From: Candidatus Babeliales bacterium
GTDB lineage: Bacteria; Babelota; Babeliae; Babelales; Vermiphilaceae
Direction of reading: 5' to 3'
Length of the DNA stretch: 64,000 bases
Assembly: GCA_963743635.1 (NCBI GenBank)
Contig: CAVUQO010000003.1
Coordinates: 352,001-416,000, forward strand
Position numbers and translations under genes: made by a program. Shown piece by piece: positions 1 to 9,538 of this stretch (the first letter of the stretch is position 1; each line of letters starts with the position of its first letter). Under the pieces are notes generated by a model. It had not been told where the DNA came from, made no database searches, and saw only the letters and a program-made list of their open reading frames with translations.

Positions 1-123
1 TTAGTCGATAATGCACATCGCAATATGTCTCGTGGTGCTGAATATATCAATAAAGTCATTACGTGCGCTCATAAAGATCAGTGGCGCAAGCATATGAGAG
101 GCAGAGAACACAAGAAGAAATAG
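1..123 (+). CDS. 3' end of a gene entering the window (hypothetical)
   Basis: Frame 1 open from base 1 to TAG at 121-123 (LVDNAHRNMSRGAEY...REHKKK), converging on 145..489. Confidence 0.4.
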   Translation, partial: LVDNAHRNMSRGAEYINKVITCAHKDQWRKHMRGREHKKK

Positions 124-144
124 CGATCTCTCCAGTCAGAGTTT

Positions 145-489
145 TTACTGTTTATCTGCAGAAGCGCTAGAATGAGCGTTCCAGACTGTCACCGCACAAT
201 ATAAGACTAAGGCGCCAACAACCATGCGATAATTCCACGCATCCCTTGAGGCTTGAAGAGCATCAGCTTCTCGTGTATTTTCTGTGGTCCTAGCGCGATT
301 TTCTGCGCAGATTCTATCTTGTAGTTCCTGCGTCTCAGCGACGAGCGCAGTATCCGTACGTTGCGTCGGTTGCGTTGCATTCCTACGTTGCGTCGGTTGC
401 ATTGCGTGAACTGCTGGGCTGATAATGAGTGTTAGTATTAATATTTTCATTCTGAGTAGTGCCTTAGGCACGTATCGAAGAGTTTTCAT
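145..489 (-). CDS. Exported small protein, 'AM' leader, helical region plus C-terminal TM
   Basis: Leader ...PAVHA|MQ; hydrophobic MVVGALVLYCAVTVW near C-terminus. Confidence 0.75.
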   Translation of the reverse strand: MKTLRYVPKALLRMKILILTLIISPAVHAMQPTQRRNATQPTQRTDTALVAETQELQDRICAENRARTTENTREADALQASRDAWNYRMVVGALVLYCAVTVWNAHSSASADKQ

Positions 490-517
490 AATTTTATTCC
501 TTTAAATATGCAAAGTA

Positions 518-844
518 TTAGAGATTATTATAGGAATACATTGCAGCGGCTACGATTGCACTGCTCCCAAAAAAGAACACAGCCGTAGTCAGCGCGCGTA
601 TGGTCCGTTGTGAGTTTTGATCATTACGTTCAAGAACCGCGAGTCTGGCGTTGATGTGTGTTAATTGATCGTTTAATTTTTTTTCTGCTTGGCGAAGATA
701 GCTTACATTTTGGTAAGTGAGGTCTTCCATTGAGGACATTCTTGTTTCAAGATCACTAATGCGTCCGCTTTCAAGGTCAGGATCCATTGCAGAAATCTGC
801 GTGGCCGCACCAATAAGTGCGAGCAGTAATAATAGTTTTTTCAT
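518..844 (-). CDS. Exported coiled-coil, tail-anchored protein
   Basis: MKKLLLL...QISA|MD; ~55 aa heptad-like stretch then C-terminal hydrophobic segment. Confidence 0.8.
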   Translation of the reverse strand: MKKLLLLLALIGAATQISAMDPDLESGRISDLETRMSSMEDLTYQNVSYLRQAEKKLNDQLTHINARLAVLERNDQNSQRTIRALTTAVFFFGSSAIVAAAMYSYNNL

Positions 845-953
845 AATAATATTCTCTAGTTATTGTTATTTTGAACCATTTGGTCCGTTATAGTTTAATG
901 TTGTTCAGACGACAATTATCAAAGGTTGTATCCATTTCACGGTCAAGCAACAT

Positions 954-1769
954 CTACTTTTGAGCCTGTGCGCATAAAAATTGCGCTATCTCCATTAAGG
1001 ATGGGTGATGCGCAATGGTTAGTGTTGCGTTATTTAATTCATGTGACTCTTTGAGGTCAAAACGTCTATTTTTCGCAGCTTTACCTGCTCCCAGACCATA
1101 AAATCCTGATGGTTGTTCGCGATCGACCTTCATGAATTTCCGCATCCACAACGGCTGCTGACCTATTGCTACCATTGCTGCATCTACTTCTTGTTGACCG
1201 ACGTGAACAGGCGCCATAGTTTGAGCATCAAATGCATACGGCCAATATCCATCCTGTCCATTGCTTGCTGCAAATAATAATTTTGTACCGCGGTTTATCC
1301 AGCATACATATTGAATTGATTCATTACCCACCTCTGCGAGGGTAATATTTCGCCATTGTTTGGACGATTCTTCTTTCAACACGCGCAACACGCCACCGGT
1401 TTCTACCATGGCACATTGCGTAGCATCATTACTAATCGCAAAACTGTCTAGCGGCTTTAACGATAATGTTACCTGCGTAATCGGTGTAAATAGACCTATG
1501 AATCTGAAACGTTCTTGATCCGGCAATATGGTCTCTAGAGCGGATAGTACTGCTGCAGGATTCAATTGATTTGTGTTTTTAAGGGATTGTACTTTAGCTT
1601 GCACTGCCTCATAGAGCAAACGCGGTTCTGCTTGCGCTATAAACATCCCGATACGGGTAGTTATTTCCTGTTGAGCATCGTCCATCGTCATACTGGTGCA
1701 TGCATTGTCCATCGCCATACTGGTGCATGCGATGAATGAACTGAGCGCTATAATAAATATTTTCTTCAT
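954..1769 (-). CDS. Exported hypothetical protein, possible partial beta-propeller blades
   Basis: Leader ...TSMA|MD; blade-like segments SFAISNDATQCAMV and YVCWINRGTKLLFA. Confidence 0.75.
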   Translation of the reverse strand: MKKIFIIALSSFIACTSMAMDNACTSMTMDDAQQEITTRIGMFIAQAEPRLLYEAVQAKVQSLKNTNQLNPAAVLSALETILPDQERFRFIGLFTPITQVTLSLKPLDSFAISNDATQCAMVETGGVLRVLKEESSKQWRNITLAEVGNESIQYVCWINRGTKLLFAASNGQDGYWPYAFDAQTMAPVHVGQQEVDAAMVAIGQQPLWMRKFMKVDREQPSGFYGLGAGKAAKNRRFDLKESHELNNATLTIAHHPSLMEIAQFLCAQAQK

Positions 1770-1782
1770 TATTTTTTATCCT

Positions 1783-2109
1783 TTAGTTACCTGAATTGTT
1801 ATCTGTATTACAACACGTTATGTAAAGGCAGAAAGCACCCGCACATACACATAAGATTTTTGTTGAGGTCTGAAGAAATTCCATAGGGAAGTTAGCGATT
1901 CTATTGGCTTCTTCTGCTCTTCTATCTATTTCTGTATCATCGAACTGTTCATCGAGCCATAGAGTTGTTTTTTTAACAGCTCTTGCTGTTTTTCGTTGTA
2001 TGTGCGCTTCGTATGGTGTCGGGTTTAGTCCTGACTCGTCACCAAATTCTTCCATAGCCTGAGCAATGAACGGACTTATGAGAGCGAGGATGAATAATAT
2101 CTTCTTCAT
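1783..2109 (-). CDS. Exported small protein with Cys-rich C-terminal hydrophobic segment
   Basis: Start reassigned to MKKILFIL (ATG 2109); AQA|ME; ILCVCAGAFCLYITCC. Confidence 0.75.
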   Translation of the reverse strand: MKKILFILALISPFIAQAMEEFGDESGLNPTPYEAHIQRKTARAVKKTTLWLDEQFDDTEIDRRAEEANRIANFPMEFLQTSTKILCVCAGAFCLYITCCNTDNNSGN

Positions 2110-2117
2110 GGCTGACC

Positions 2118-2384
2118 TTACTTTGATGCGTCGTGAGCAGAAGCGTCTAGGCAACAGAAGACCAGAGTGCATAGAGATACTGCGGCGCACAGGCATATAT
2201 TTTGTAAGCATCTCTCTTCATTTTTGCGATCTTGAGCGTCTGCAGGGTTTTGATGGCGTTGAGGCGCATGATTTCTTCTGGCAGCGTTAGCAGCCATACC
2301 AGTTCTGTGCGTCATATTCATATGCATAGCAGACAGGTTGGGAGAGAGGGTAATTAGGGTAAGTATCAACATTAGTTTCTTCAT
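2118..2384 (-). CDS. Exported small protein with Cys-rich C-terminal hydrophobic segment
   Basis: NLSA|MH; ICLCAAVSLCTLVFCC; AAGGAT RBS upstream. Confidence 0.75.
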   Translation of the reverse strand: MKKLMLILTLITLSPNLSAMHMNMTHRTGMAANAARRNHAPQRHQNPADAQDRKNEERCLQNICLCAAVSLCTLVFCCLDASAHDASK

Positions 2385-2550
2385 GGTTTATCCTTTTATT
2401 AAGTGATTTATAATAATTATGTAACATAATACGTTACATTTCTATTGTAAATTATTTTATTATAAATGTAAAATGCCCCATTTTGAACCTGATTGCAGGT
2501 TGAGATTTGGGGAATAAAGGGGGATCCAGGAGGATAGGTTTGGGGGCTAT

Positions 2551-2823
2551 TTAGCTATGTATATGTGCATAATGGGCCAAATAGGCCATCACGTGGGCAC
2601 CTGCAAGGCAGCCGACCGATATCATCAAGAATTCGGCCGTTTTTACCCTTTCTGTGCGCTTACTGGTCTTTGGCTGCAGGGTATGGAGAGGGTGCGTTCC
2701 TCGGGGGTCGTTTTTCTCAAGGTCATATTCCTGAAATTCCCCCTGGCGATGCAAGAGGGGTTGGTTCATAGCATGCGCCATTGATCCCATGAGGATGCTC
2801 GATATCAAGACTAATTTTTGCAT
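2551..2823 (-). CDS. Exported small tail-anchored protein
   Basis: MAHA|MN; C-terminal FLMISVGCLAGAHVMAYL. Confidence 0.7.
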   Translation of the reverse strand: MQKLVLISSILMGSMAHAMNQPLLHRQGEFQEYDLEKNDPRGTHPLHTLQPKTSKRTERVKTAEFLMISVGCLAGAHVMAYLAHYAHIHS

Positions 2824-2834
2824 AGAGCGGGATA

Positions 2835-3389
2835 TTACTGATTCTGGCTGTAGTGGTTAGCTGAGTTGAGCAAGATTACTTGCTCTTTGAGCACTTTTTC
2901 TACTTCAAGGATTGATTCCAATTCTTGCTTAAGAGAAAGAAGTTTGGTCAATGCCGCGGTCAAGAGGGAGGTTAACGTACCAAAGGTTGATTCATCAACG
3001 GGCGTTGCATTGAACTGATCCATCAATTCATTCACGTCTTTGACGCCGTATAAGACGCCGGTAAGTTGCTTGCCAAGAGGAGCTATTAGATCGCCGATTT
3101 GAAAAGCCTGAAGTTGAATAGTTTCATCCGTGCTATTTTGAAGGTTTTCAACTTCATCATACACGGCTATGTATTCACTAGCGCAGGTCTGAAAGAGTTT
3201 TTCTAGGGCCAAATATTCTCGTGCCGTCATCGTGTAGAGTGACTGGAATTTTGCAAGAAAGGCAATAGTAGTAGGGCTTTGGGAGGTGGTTGTCTCGTCT
3301 ATTAACTCAAGATCAGCAATAGGATTTGATATTGGTACTGCTTGAATACCGATAGTAAAGAGACTGATGGCGAGGAATAGTTTTTTCAT
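2835..3389 (-). CDS. Exported all-helical/coiled-coil protein
   Basis: MKKLFLAISLFTIGIQA|VP; amphipathic helices; RBS AAGGAT. Confidence 0.75.
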   Translation of the reverse strand: MKKLFLAISLFTIGIQAVPISNPIADLELIDETTTSQSPTTIAFLAKFQSLYTMTAREYLALEKLFQTCASEYIAVYDEVENLQNSTDETIQLQAFQIGDLIAPLGKQLTGVLYGVKDVNELMDQFNATPVDESTFGTLTSLLTAALTKLLSLKQELESILEVEKVLKEQVILLNSANHYSQNQ

Positions 3390-3505
3390 GGAAGTGATCC
3401 TTTGAAGGGTATATTAACTTTCAGATAAATTAGATTATACACCTACTATACAGCCTTTTTTTTAAAGCGTAAAATAGTCTGTTTTTCTGAAATCGCGGAT
3501 TGTGT

Positions 3506-3973
3506 TTATTTATATTTATGGGCATGTATCCCGTATACGCTATAAAGATTAAGAGCCTTCTGGATTGAGAATAGCAGATCGTTTGCGACTTGACGTTGTT
3601 TTTCAACTGCTTTTATTTCTTCGTCGTAAAATCTCATTTGTTCTAGGCAAGTAATTGCCAGTTTTAGGTGAGTTGCTTCATGGAGCTGAGAAAAATGAGA
3701 CGCTATCTTTGCATAAAGATTGGCGCAGTTACTTGCATGAAGATCGGCGCAGATAGTATTGTTCTCTTGTATCAATAACTGAGACTTGCTCTCTAATACG
3801 GTAAGTTCGCCAATCAACTTTTCAACTTGCGCTGGAAATTGCTCAATCAGGAGCTGTACTTCTCGATACTCTTCGAGCTTCTGGCTGACCACATTGAAGT
3901 TTTCTGGTGTTATTTCATTCATCGCATGCATGCTTATACAAAAAATGCTGAGCATTAAGACTAATTTTTTCAT
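3506..3973 (-). CDS. Exported coiled-coil protein
   Basis: ISMHA|MN; heptad-rich. Confidence 0.75.
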   Translation of the reverse strand: MKKLVLMLSIFCISMHAMNEITPENFNVVSQKLEEYREVQLLIEQFPAQVEKLIGELTVLESKSQLLIQENNTICADLHASNCANLYAKIASHFSQLHEATHLKLAITCLEQMRFYDEEIKAVEKQRQVANDLLFSIQKALNLYSVYGIHAHKYK

Positions 3974-4017
3974 AAATTGTTCCCTAATGATTACTGTGAT
4001 TCAATACAGATACATTG

Positions 4018-4344
4018 TTATTGAACTCTATCCATCTTGTTTTCGATCATGGCAATATATTGTCCAATACTTGTGCTCAAGTCATGAATGGTCGCTGCAG
4101 TTGGTGCATGCGTAGAATGCAGTGTGTGATCATCTAGTCCGAGATTTTTATAGCGTTCGCGGACCGATTCTTCTTGCGCAATAAGCCTTCCAGCTTCATC
4201 GGGTGTTGGATTTTTTTGCATTGCCAAAGCAGCGGCTTGTTCATTGATGCCACGTAGCGCTGCAATATATGCATTTGCTTCAGCTTGCTGCATCGCATTG
4301 ATGGTTGCCGTAGTAAGGCAGAGGATTAAGAGTAATTTTTTCAT
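4018..4344 (-). CDS. Exported small helical protein
   Basis: TINA|MQ leader. Confidence 0.75.
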   Translation of the reverse strand: MKKLLLILCLTTATINAMQQAEANAYIAALRGINEQAAALAMQKNPTPDEAGRLIAQEESVRERYKNLGLDDHTLHSTHAPTAATIHDLSTSIGQYIAMIENKMDRVQ

Positions 4345-4485
4345 AGGTTACTTTCATTTTAAATATGATTTGAACCATAGTTTACGTGATAATTCCTTCT
4401 TCTTCAATTATCTATGCAGGTTTCTTGTAAAATGCGCGTTGCTTGCGTTATTCTGGCTCAAAGTTTTTTAACAAAGGATAGTGAT

Positions 4486-6375
4486 ATGAAACAAATGCAT
4501 GATATACAAGTTCTTATCGAGCGAAAGGCTTATAATATACGCCTTGCTTCAATAGTCATGACGTCAACGGCCGGGTCAGGACATCCTACCTCATGTCTCT
4601 CGGCAGCGGATATTGTTGCCACGCTTTTTTTCTATGCGATGCACTACGATCCTGAGCATTTTGATAATCCCAATAATGATCGCTTTATTCTTTCAAAGGG
4701 GCATGCAGCGCCCGTGTTATACGCGGCATGGAAAGAGTTGGGGATGGTCACTGAGCAAGAGTTACTGACCTATCGTGATATTCATTCGAATCTAGAGGGG
4801 CATCCAACTGCACGTTTTAAATATGCTGAGGCTGCAACCGGTTCATTAGGCATGGGACTTTCAATTGGCGCGGGCATGGCGCTCGTTGCGCAGCGCGATA
4901 AACGCAGTGCACATACATTTGTCCTGCTCGGTGATAGTGAACTTACAGAAGGGAGCGTGTGGGAAGCAACTGAGATCGCCGCATACTACAAACTTAACAA
5001 TCTCGTGGGGATCGTCGATTGTAATCGATTGGGACAAAGTACCGAAACCATACACGCATGGCATGTGCAGCGTTACGTCGATAAATTTGAAGCATTTGGT
5101 TGGAAAACGATCGTAGTTGATGGGCATGATGTGCACCATCTCATGGGTGCATTTGATCGGGCGCGTGAAGTTGAAGATCGGCCAGTAATGATCATTGCTA
5201 AAACGATCAAAGGGTATGGCGTTGAACAAGTTGAAAACAAAATGGGCTTTCATGGAAAGGCATTTCCAAAAACAGAAATGAATGACATTCTTGCAGAACT
5301 TGCGGCACGTTTTCCAAAAGCAGCTGCGTATACGGGTGATGACCGGGCATTTATGCCGACAGCACCAGCTCCCTCCGAAAATAACACGCCTGCAACGCTT
5401 TCAGAATGCGTTGATCTGGTAATGCCAGATCCACATTTTGCGCAGAGGGATTATATCTCAACGCGCAAGGCGTATGGTCAAGCACTTGCAGCATTGGGCG
5501 GCCATTGCAAAAATGTAGTGAGTCTCGATGCGGAAGTGAAAAATTCAACGTATGCAGATTTATTTGAACACAAACATCCTGAACGTTTTTTTCAATGCTT
5601 CATCGCCGAACAAAATATGGTGAGCATGGGAGTAGGTATGGAACGTCGGGGTAAGGTGCCCTTTATTTCCACATTTGGCGCATTCTTTAGCCGCGCCCAT
5701 GACCAAGTTCGGATGGCAGCCATCGGCTCGTCAGCGTTGAGATTAGTGGGCTCTCATGCAGGGGTTTCGATTGGACAGGATGGCCCTTCCCAGATGGCGC
5801 TTGAAGACATTGCCTTAATGCGGGCGATTCCTGGATCAGTGGTGCTGTATCCTTGCGATGGGGTGAGTACCCATAAATTGGTTGCGCAGATGGCGCTCTA
5901 TGATCAGGGGATTACCTATTTACGCACAACGCGTATGGATACGCCGGTTTGGTATTCAATTCAAGAAGAGTTTCCCATTGGCGGTTGCAAAGTGTTGGCG
6001 GAAAGTGAAGGGGATCAAGTCTGTATCGTTGCTGCTGGCATTACATTGGTAGAAGCAACGAAGGCGCGCGATCAATTGCTACAGGAAGGAGTTTTAGTCG
6101 CCGTCATTGATCTTTATTCCATTAAGCCATTGGATTACGACACATTATTACGCGTTGGTATGCAAACCAAATATGGGATCATAACGGTTGAAGATCATTA
6201 TCGTGAGGGCGGTCTCGGTGAGGCAGTTCTTTATGCATTGCGCAATACCGCTATTCCGATTCAGTGTCTTGCAGTAACACAGTTGCCGCGATCAGGAAAA
6301 CCGGAAGAGTTGCTTGCGCTTATGGGGATTGATGCAGCGGGGATTATACGGGGCGTAAAAGCGATGATTAAGTAA
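4486..6375 (+). CDS. tkt: Transketolase (single-chain, animal-TKT-like type)
   Basis: SGHPTS, DRFILSKGHAAP, TGSLGMG, GDSE..EG..WEA, IAEQNMV, GQDGPSQM, TVEDH; start at ATG 4486 after AAGGA. Confidence 0.95.
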   Translation: MKQMHDIQVLIERKAYNIRLASIVMTSTAGSGHPTSCLSAADIVATLFFYAMHYDPEHFDNPNNDRFILSKGHAAPVLYAAWKELGMVTEQELLTYRDIHSNLEGHPTARFKYAEAATGSLGMGLSIGAGMALVAQRDKRSAHTFVLLGDSELTEGSVWEATEIAAYYKLNNLVGIVDCNRLGQSTETIHAWHVQRYVDKFEAFGWKTIVVDGHDVHHLMGAFDRAREVEDRPVMIIAKTIKGYGVEQVENKMGFHGKAFPKTEMNDILAELAARFPKAAAYTGDDRAFMPTAPAPSENNTPATLSECVDLVMPDPHFAQRDYISTRKAYGQALAALGGHCKNVVSLDAEVKNSTYADLFEHKHPERFFQCFIAEQNMVSMGVGMERRGKVPFISTFGAFFSRAHDQVRMAAIGSSALRLVGSHAGVSIGQDGPSQMALEDIALMRAIPGSVVLYPCDGVSTHKLVAQMALYDQGITYLRTTRMDTPVWYSIQEEFPIGGCKVLAESEGDQVCIVAAGITLVEATKARDQLLQEGVLVAVIDLYSIKPLDYDTLLRVGMQTKYGIITVEDHYREGGLGEAVLYALRNTAIPIQCLAVTQLPRSGKPEELLALMGIDAAGIIRGVKAMIK

Positions 6376-6380
6376 ATTAC

Positions 6381-7355
6381 TTACGCAACGACTGGCTGAT
6401 TCTTTTTTGCGCGTGCAAGTTTGAATGGTTTACCATTGGTGCGGACATGCAACATTTTGATGAACTTGGTAAATGGTTTTTCTGCTGGTGCTTCTTTATG
6501 CCAATGATCCATGGTGTTGATAATATCTGCCAAAAAAGTCAGAAATCGTGGAAACACAAATTCACTATGGAAAATAGAACGGCCATTCATTTTTATTTTG
6601 ACTTGTTCGAGATTGTCTTGATCGGGGAAGTAACGGCCTGAAAGCCAGTGTGATGATTTGGTGCCATTCTTATAAAAACCTTGAGGATCAAGAATTTGGC
6701 ACATATCAATTTGCGAGTAAATGCAAAATATTTTTTTAAATGCCGGATCTTTAATGAGTGATGCTGTTTTATCTTGAACAGGGCAGGCGAGTAAAATCAG
6801 CTCATCCACCGTGAAGCCTTCTGGTTTTGAGGGAATGCGCGCTAAGTTGAGTGCGACATTGCCGCCATGACTATGACTTATAATACGCACGCTTGGCTTT
6901 ACATTATGACGTATTTGGTATTGCTCAAGAACTGCTATGAGATCTCTATAAAGATGTTCTGCGGCTTGTTCCCGTACGCCAAAATCAAGTTTGCCTGACC
7001 AACCAAAAATGTAGAACGTATCGTGTGAAAAGAGATTGGGCGCAGCATTGACCAATGTTTTACCTATTTGGTGCATATGATAGCGCGGTTCATAGTCGCG
7101 TGCCAAAGAAAGCCCAGGCCTTGAATAGATGAAGTTGCGCAGTGCGCCAGCTACGTCAAAAAGCCGTGTGCCGTGAATCCAGATGGTGATCGTATGATTG
7201 TCTTTTGCTTCAGGAGACACATCGATCGCGGTACGGACATTTTTAGGCGCAAAGACGACCTGCTTTTTCAGTGTCTGGAACCGTTGGGAAGAACAGCCAG
7301 GCAGCATAATCAGCAGTAGATAGAACAGGTGGAGGTAGGAAATGCGGGATTTCAT
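6381..7355 (-). CDS. Alpha/beta hydrolase-fold lipoprotein
   Basis: Lipobox-like LPGC; IWIHGT; nucleophile elbow SHSHGG. Confidence 0.75.
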   Translation of the reverse strand: MKSRISYLHLFYLLLIMLPGCSSQRFQTLKKQVVFAPKNVRTAIDVSPEAKDNHTITIWIHGTRLFDVAGALRNFIYSRPGLSLARDYEPRYHMHQIGKTLVNAAPNLFSHDTFYIFGWSGKLDFGVREQAAEHLYRDLIAVLEQYQIRHNVKPSVRIISHSHGGNVALNLARIPSKPEGFTVDELILLACPVQDKTASLIKDPAFKKIFCIYSQIDMCQILDPQGFYKNGTKSSHWLSGRYFPDQDNLEQVKIKMNGRSIFHSEFVFPRFLTFLADIINTMDHWHKEAPAEKPFTKFIKMLHVRTNGKPFKLARAKKNQPVVA

Positions 7356-7624
7356 TGTCGTGCGTCGCTACAATAAGCCTATAATAACAGTATCTAAACG
7401 TTACAATCCCTTTTAAAAAAGAATATGGTATTATATACAGCTTGTCAAACAACAAAAGGGGTTATCTATGTGTTTTTAGCTACTTTTTATGCTGCAGGCA
7501 CAGCTCCTTGAAGCCTTTAGGAGGTTTTTAGCCTTTATTTGAGCCAAAAAAGCGGCTTTGAAATTCTGATTGAGGCTCTAGATGGCTTTGTCTGAATTAA
7601 TTTGTTTCACGCTGAAATAAATCA

Positions 7625-7654
7625 TTGAGATATGTGATGTTTTTTTGATAGGCT
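7625..7654 (+). promoter_or_regulatory. Sigma70-like promoter upstream of ncRNA candidate
   Basis: TTGAGA (7625-30), 18-nt spacer, extended -10 TGa-TAGGCT (7646-54); +1 near 7660. Confidence 0.45.
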
Positions 7655-7659
7655 TATTC

Positions 7660-7768
7660 ATGAGGTTGGAGGCCAGCAGTCTAAACCCAGTGCGATCCTT
7701 GGATCCCGCTCGGTCTAGACTGCTTGAATGCGAGTAATCGTACCAAGCGCGCTACCTTCGGCCTCATG
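7660..7768 (+). ncRNA. Candidate structured ncRNA, three-way junction, family not recognised
   Basis: Closing stem ATGAGGTTGGAGG/CCTTCGGCCTCAT (G-U pairs fit + strand), arm AGTCTAAACC..GGTCTAGACT, arm GCTTG-aa-TGCGA-GTAA-TCGTA-c-CAAGC with GNRA loop; T-rich tail follows. Confidence 0.6.
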
Positions 7769-7950
7769 TCTTTTGTTTCACGAATTGAGCTGGTTTGAAA
7801 AGCGGTTGATGGATATTGCCTGTCATGTGCGGCTAAGATATGCATACCCTAGTTTAAATCCTAAAACCCCGAATCTCATTGCTTTTTAGGCCCCCTTTCC
7901 ATATACTGAAAGTGTAATAATTCTCTATTATAGCCGTTAAGGGGAATATC

Positions 7951-8379
7951 ATGGATACAATGGTATATATGTGGCTCAGCATCGCAGTATGCTTTCTCAT
8001 TTTTGAGGTCGGCCATCCCGGACTATTTTTCTTCCTTTCATTTTCATGCGGCGCGGTGTGCGCAGCAGCTCTGAGCTACGGTGAGTGTGGGCTTACCTGG
8101 CAAATTATTGGTTTTTTAATCAGTGCGGCATGTTCGTTACTGATCATGCGAAGCTTATTTCTAAGTAATGCGCAGAGCGGTACCCCGACCAATGTTTATG
8201 CATTGCAAGGAAAACATGCGGTGGTAACCCGTGCCATTCCAGCCCATGGTGTAGGGTCTGTGAAAGTAGGCGGGGAAGAATGGACTGCTGAATCGTTACA
8301 CAATGAGGCATATGCAGTTGGTACGCGTGTGACCATTATTCGAGTGCAAGGTGCTCGGGTGATCGTTGAGCGCGCTTAA
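7951..8379 (+). CDS. nfeD: NfeD-like (YbbJ) membrane protein
   Basis: Hydrophobic N-terminus plus OB fold GSVKVGGEEWTAES; directly upstream of SPFH gene. Confidence 0.9.
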   Translation: MDTMVYMWLSIAVCFLIFEVGHPGLFFFLSFSCGAVCAAALSYGECGLTWQIIGFLISAACSLLIMRSLFLSNAQSGTPTNVYALQGKHAVVTRAIPAHGVGSVKVGGEEWTAESLHNEAYAVGTRVTIIRVQGARVIVERA

Positions 8380-8418
8380 CATAATAAAAATAATCCTTAC
8401 ATAGGAAAGGGGTCGATT

Positions 8419-9402
8419 ATGATCTTAGAATTTGGCATTTTTGCCATCGTAGTATTCATCTTTTTGATGGTGTTCATTGCAAAAGCAATTTACTTGGTAA
8501 GGCAATCTGAAGTAATGGTCATTGAAAAGTTTGGTAAATTTAGTCGCGTATTGCATCCAGGGATTCACTTTGTGATTCCGTTTGCAGAAACTCCGCATCA
8601 AGTAACCTGGACATTCATCTATCAAGGTGAAGGCAAGCGTTATTATCGTGTGACCAAGCAAGTAACGCGTATTGATATGCGTGAGGCGGTCTATGATTTT
8701 CCAAAGCAAAATGTGATCACTAAAGATAACGTCACCATGGAAATTAACGCGTTGCTCTATTATCAAATTACTGATCCTAAAGCAGCAATGTATGAAGTAT
8801 ATGATCTTCCAGAAGCTATCGAGAAATTAACACAAACAACATTGCGTAACGTCATCGGCTCTCTTGATCTTGATGAATCACTCGTTTCACGTGACCAAAT
8901 CAATGAAAAGTTGCGCATCATTCTTGATGAAGCAACGGATAAGTGGGGCGTCAAAGTGAACCGCGTTGAGCTGCAAGAGGTAAATCCTCCAGCAGACATT
9001 CGTCAGGCGATGGAAAAGCAGATGCGCGCTGAACGCGATCGTCGTGCGGTAATTTTGGAAGCTGAAGGTAAAAAGCGAGCAGCTATTTTGCAAGCAGAAG
9101 GTGCGCAAGAAGCGGCAGTGCTTGATGCACGCGGTGAAGCTGAATCAAAGGCAATTCGTGCCCAAGGTGAAGCGGATGCACGCTTAAAGATTGTTGAGGC
9201 CGAAGCAAAGGCAATTGGCATGATTACTCAAGCGGTGCCGGGCGTCGATCCATTGCCATACATGATTGCGTTGAATTACATCAAAATGATGCCTGAATTA
9301 ACGGCAGGTAAGAATGATAAGCTTATCTTGGTTCCGTACGAGGCAAGTTCACTCGCTGGCTCATTAACGGCAATGAAGAAGATGTTTGAAGAAATCAAAT
9401 AA
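8419..9402 (+). CDS. qmcA: SPFH/band 7 (QmcA/stomatin-like) protein
   Basis: VITKDNV, QTTLRNVIG, WGVKVNRVE, AMEKQMRAERDRRA. Confidence 0.93.
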   Translation: MILEFGIFAIVVFIFLMVFIAKAIYLVRQSEVMVIEKFGKFSRVLHPGIHFVIPFAETPHQVTWTFIYQGEGKRYYRVTKQVTRIDMREAVYDFPKQNVITKDNVTMEINALLYYQITDPKAAMYEVYDLPEAIEKLTQTTLRNVIGSLDLDESLVSRDQINEKLRIILDEATDKWGVKVNRVELQEVNPPADIRQAMEKQMRAERDRRAVILEAEGKKRAAILQAEGAQEAAVLDARGEAESKAIRAQGEADARLKIVEAEAKAIGMITQAVPGVDPLPYMIALNYIKMMPELTAGKNDKLILVPYEASSLAGSLTAMKKMFEEIK

Positions 9403-9416
9403 ACAGAATACATAAC

Positions 9417-9453
9417 AAAAAAGAGGGACCTCTTTATCGGAGGTCCCTCTTTT
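9417..9453. terminator. Bidirectional intrinsic terminator
   Basis: AAAAAAGAGGGACCTC-tttatcg-GAGGTCCCTCTTTT between convergent genes. Confidence 0.85.
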
Positions 9454-9457
9454 CATT

Positions 9458-9538
9458 TCATGAGTGTGATTTATGTTCCTTATTCTTTTCCCGCAGCAAT
9501 GCGCTGGTAAGAAGTAGTGGAATTAATAACTTTTTCAT
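9458..9538 (-). pseudogene. Signal-peptide-only stub closing the GNAT array
   Basis: MKKLLIPLLLTSALLREKNKEHKSHS*; 9499-9551 is 50/53 identical to 10074-10126. Confidence 0.6.

Noticed and set aside
7660..7768. Identification as 5S rRNA, SRP RNA, 6S RNA or tRNA
   Set aside because: Conserved signature sequences are absent on both strands; left unassigned.
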